DNA of 64,000 nucleotides from Podospora anserina (Eukaryota): NCBI GenBank assembly GCA_017654855.1, contig CM030336.1, positions 2,852,001 to 2,916,000 of the forward strand, read 5' to 3'. Shown piece by piece: positions 61,677 to 64,000 of this stretch (position 1 is its first letter; each line of letters starts with the position of its first letter). The notes under the pieces were generated by a model. It saw only the letters and a program-made list of their open reading frames with translations, ran no database searches and was not told where the DNA came from. The position numbers and the translations under genes were made by a program.

Positions 61677-63703
61677 TTAGTACGGCGGGACATCGGGAAA
61701 CTGATGGATTGGGTCCCTTCCACGTCCGCCCCCGCGATCAAAGTCTGCTCGATTGATGCATTTTGGTCTCCAAAAGTCAAGCATCTCGTCTTCTGAAAGC
61801 TTCGGAGGGTGGGCAGAGTAAATTCCGCCCTGTGGCAAACCCGGAGCATAGACAACTGGCCAGGTCGGGATTGCACAGATCTCCTGTTTTGAGAGAAACA
61901 CAAAGTCAGTACCTATGCTTCTTGGAGGTAAAACTTGTAACCGAAATGTTGAATCTTACATCGAACATGCACTGTCTGTCACACTTTGTCCAGAGATCCC
62001 ACCCGATCAATGACAGAGTGTCTTCGCTGAGCTGTCTGTATCGTGCTACTTCTTCATCGTTGAGCCAAGCCGAGATCTTAGCATCGCCAGGCTGATCACC
62101 CCAGTAGTTTGTAGTGTGTTTCTCACTCCACTCGAAGAGGTCCCATTCCCATGTACAAAGCCTCTCGGTGACAATGTTGAGTGAGTGATATAGAAGGACC
62201 TCCGACCGACCCAAGGTCGTCAAGTCCATGCCCGCCGTGTACACTGTAGAACACCGGGCAATAGTCTGCTCTCTCGGCGTCAGGGACTTGTCCGAATCGG
62301 AGACTATGTACTCGAGATACGGGGCCAGGATCGCATGTGTAAGCTCATGGACCTTGGTAATAATCGCTTTCCGCTCGGCCTCGGTTCCTGATTTCCACTC
62401 AAACGCTGCGCCAATCTCACGGGCCCGGGTGCCGTGTTGTGCGTGGATGGTGGTGAAAATGGCTTGCCAATTTATGCCCGAACACCTGTTCTCCTTTGAA
62501 GTAGTAGATGATGTGATGGTCTGCAACCATGAGCGCACGCGGTTCACATCATCTGGTTGTATGTCGAGAAGTCGGTGTCCTTTTCTAAACCCCCATCCGT
62601 TGACAAAGCTGTAGTTACCAACAAGCCTCCCGTGGTGCGATTTTGCAAGACTCGTAAGTTCTGGGTCATAAAAGGAGACCATGCGGCAGATGTCCAGCTG
62701 GACTCGGTTTTCTGCCAGGCCGCCTTCCCGACCATAATGCCACGACGCACTACGGAGCCACTCATATGAGCCCTGCTCCGAGAATACATTGCCGAAACCT
62801 CTGGGTGGTTGGCGATTTGGGTCGCGTGGAAGACCTTCTGGGTCCTCTTCCATGTTTCCGGGCACAGTGATATTGGTGACGAAGAGCGGTTGGAGCCGAG
62901 AAGCATGGTAATCGCACACCAAGACTTCAAAACCGGCGTCCATTCGAACCACTCCATCAATTCCTAGCTTCTTTACCAGTTCGCAGAGATCAAGAGCGCG
63001 TTGGTCTTCATCGTAGATGAGGTCGTAGTCTGGATAAAGTGGGACACGGCCTTGAAGAATCGATATCTGAGAGTCTAATGTGCCCAGGGCGGTCAGTGTA
63101 GCGGACTGACCATCGAAGTAGATGATGTTGAGCGGTCGAGTTGTCCGGTAGACATGCAAGTTTGAACGGCCGAAACCACCGTAGATACCTACTGACATCT
63201 CTCTGCGTACAGGTTAGAATATCTCAAACCTATTCTTACACGGAGACATAAGAGATGATAGAGATCTGAGTTTAAAGTGAGCGAGCGTACGCGTCAAAAG
63301 CAAAAAACGTCGGCTTTTTGGGTGGACCGGGAGCATGTTTGGCATGGTACAAAACAGTTGCCGGTGCGATGCTCCCGGCCACTATGGAATGCCCATTTGG
63401 GGAGTATGAGTTTGGCCACTGTTGGAGGAGACCTTGGACCGAATCGAAGATGAAAGGTGCGACAGTCTGGAACTCGGAGGCGAGAGTTGGAGGTGGTTTC
63501 TGGACTGCACCCTCAAAGAGATGAAAGGAGGACCAAACGTCCAGTACGACATATGGCGCAGCTAAAAGGCTGAAGAATCCCAAAAACGCTATGGCATACA
63601 TGACCGGGTTACGCGGGCAAACTGTTGTCCTCTTCTCGAGAACACCAGGTGAAGCAAGATCAGAACCAGAGCTTCGAGTCGAAGGCGGCTTCGGTGACGG
63701 CAT
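61677..63703 (-). CDS. Conserved fungal hypothetical protein with a single N-terminal TM segment; 3 exons
   Basis: IFDSVQGLLQQWPNSYSPNGHS, LYH, LHVYRTTRPLNIIYFDGQSA, GIDGVVRMDAGFEVLVCD, INWQ, LIGWDLWTKC...C/EICAIPTWP; long ORFs joined by plausible introns. Confidence 0.8.
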
Positions 63704-64000
63704 CGTAGTGAGCCCGTCTCATCGAAGGGGACAATTTCAATCGATGTGTGGTGCAAGGATTTGCTGTGTTATTGTTGGATCTCGGTGCGTGGGATGAAAT
63801 CAGTCGGGAAACTCTCAGGTGGTGGTGAGGAAATGTTGGGATGAATATCTTCATGCCACGTGTGGCCCGACAGTGACGAAGACAATTATCGGGGCGGTCA
63901 GCGGCATGAGTGGCTGCGGCTGTGAGTGAAACACGTGGTCCGCAATCTGGGCTGTGTTTGCCAGTTGCCTGACGAGAATGTGCACCTTTCCTGCACGTGC

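Noticed and set aside
1-64000. tRNA, 5S rRNA or other ncRNA genes
   Set aside because: None recognised by eye; tRNAscan-SE or Infernal would be needed to exclude them

Overview
Eukaryotic, intron-containing genomic DNA from a filamentous ascomycete. It is most likely Sordariales, probably Podospora-like, judged from the short GT-AG introns with CTRAC branch sites, RIP-type AT-rich repeats and crapaud-like LTRs. About 14 apparently intact genes are present: a Myb/H1-like basic protein, a small Cys-rich secreted protein, a CDF metal transporter, a V8-like serine protease fused to a helical repeat domain, a GH10-CBM1 xylanase, an M28 aminopeptidase, an NRPS-like A-T-R reductase, a DUF3445 protein, two P450s, a Na+/H+ antiporter, a Kex2-repeat peptide precursor, an MHYT protein and a conserved hypothetical protein. 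They are interspersed with damaged genes (DUF6604-like, hemerythrin with an in-frame stop, a Zn-finger gene with two compensating frameshifts, a BBE fragment, a nucleoside hydrolase and an FAD synthetase). There are two repeat islands: three related LTRs at 32.3-34.7 kb, and three RIP-mutated Fot1/pogo DNA transposons of about 1.86 kb at 54.2-61.4 kb. The most interesting candidate system is the gene at 7110-9447. It encodes a signal-peptide-less protease with a Glu-specific S1 signature, fused to three amphipathic peptides that resemble cytolytic peptides and each follow a Glu. This suggests a self-processing protease/effector polyprotein. All family assignments are from motif recognition by eye, not database searches.
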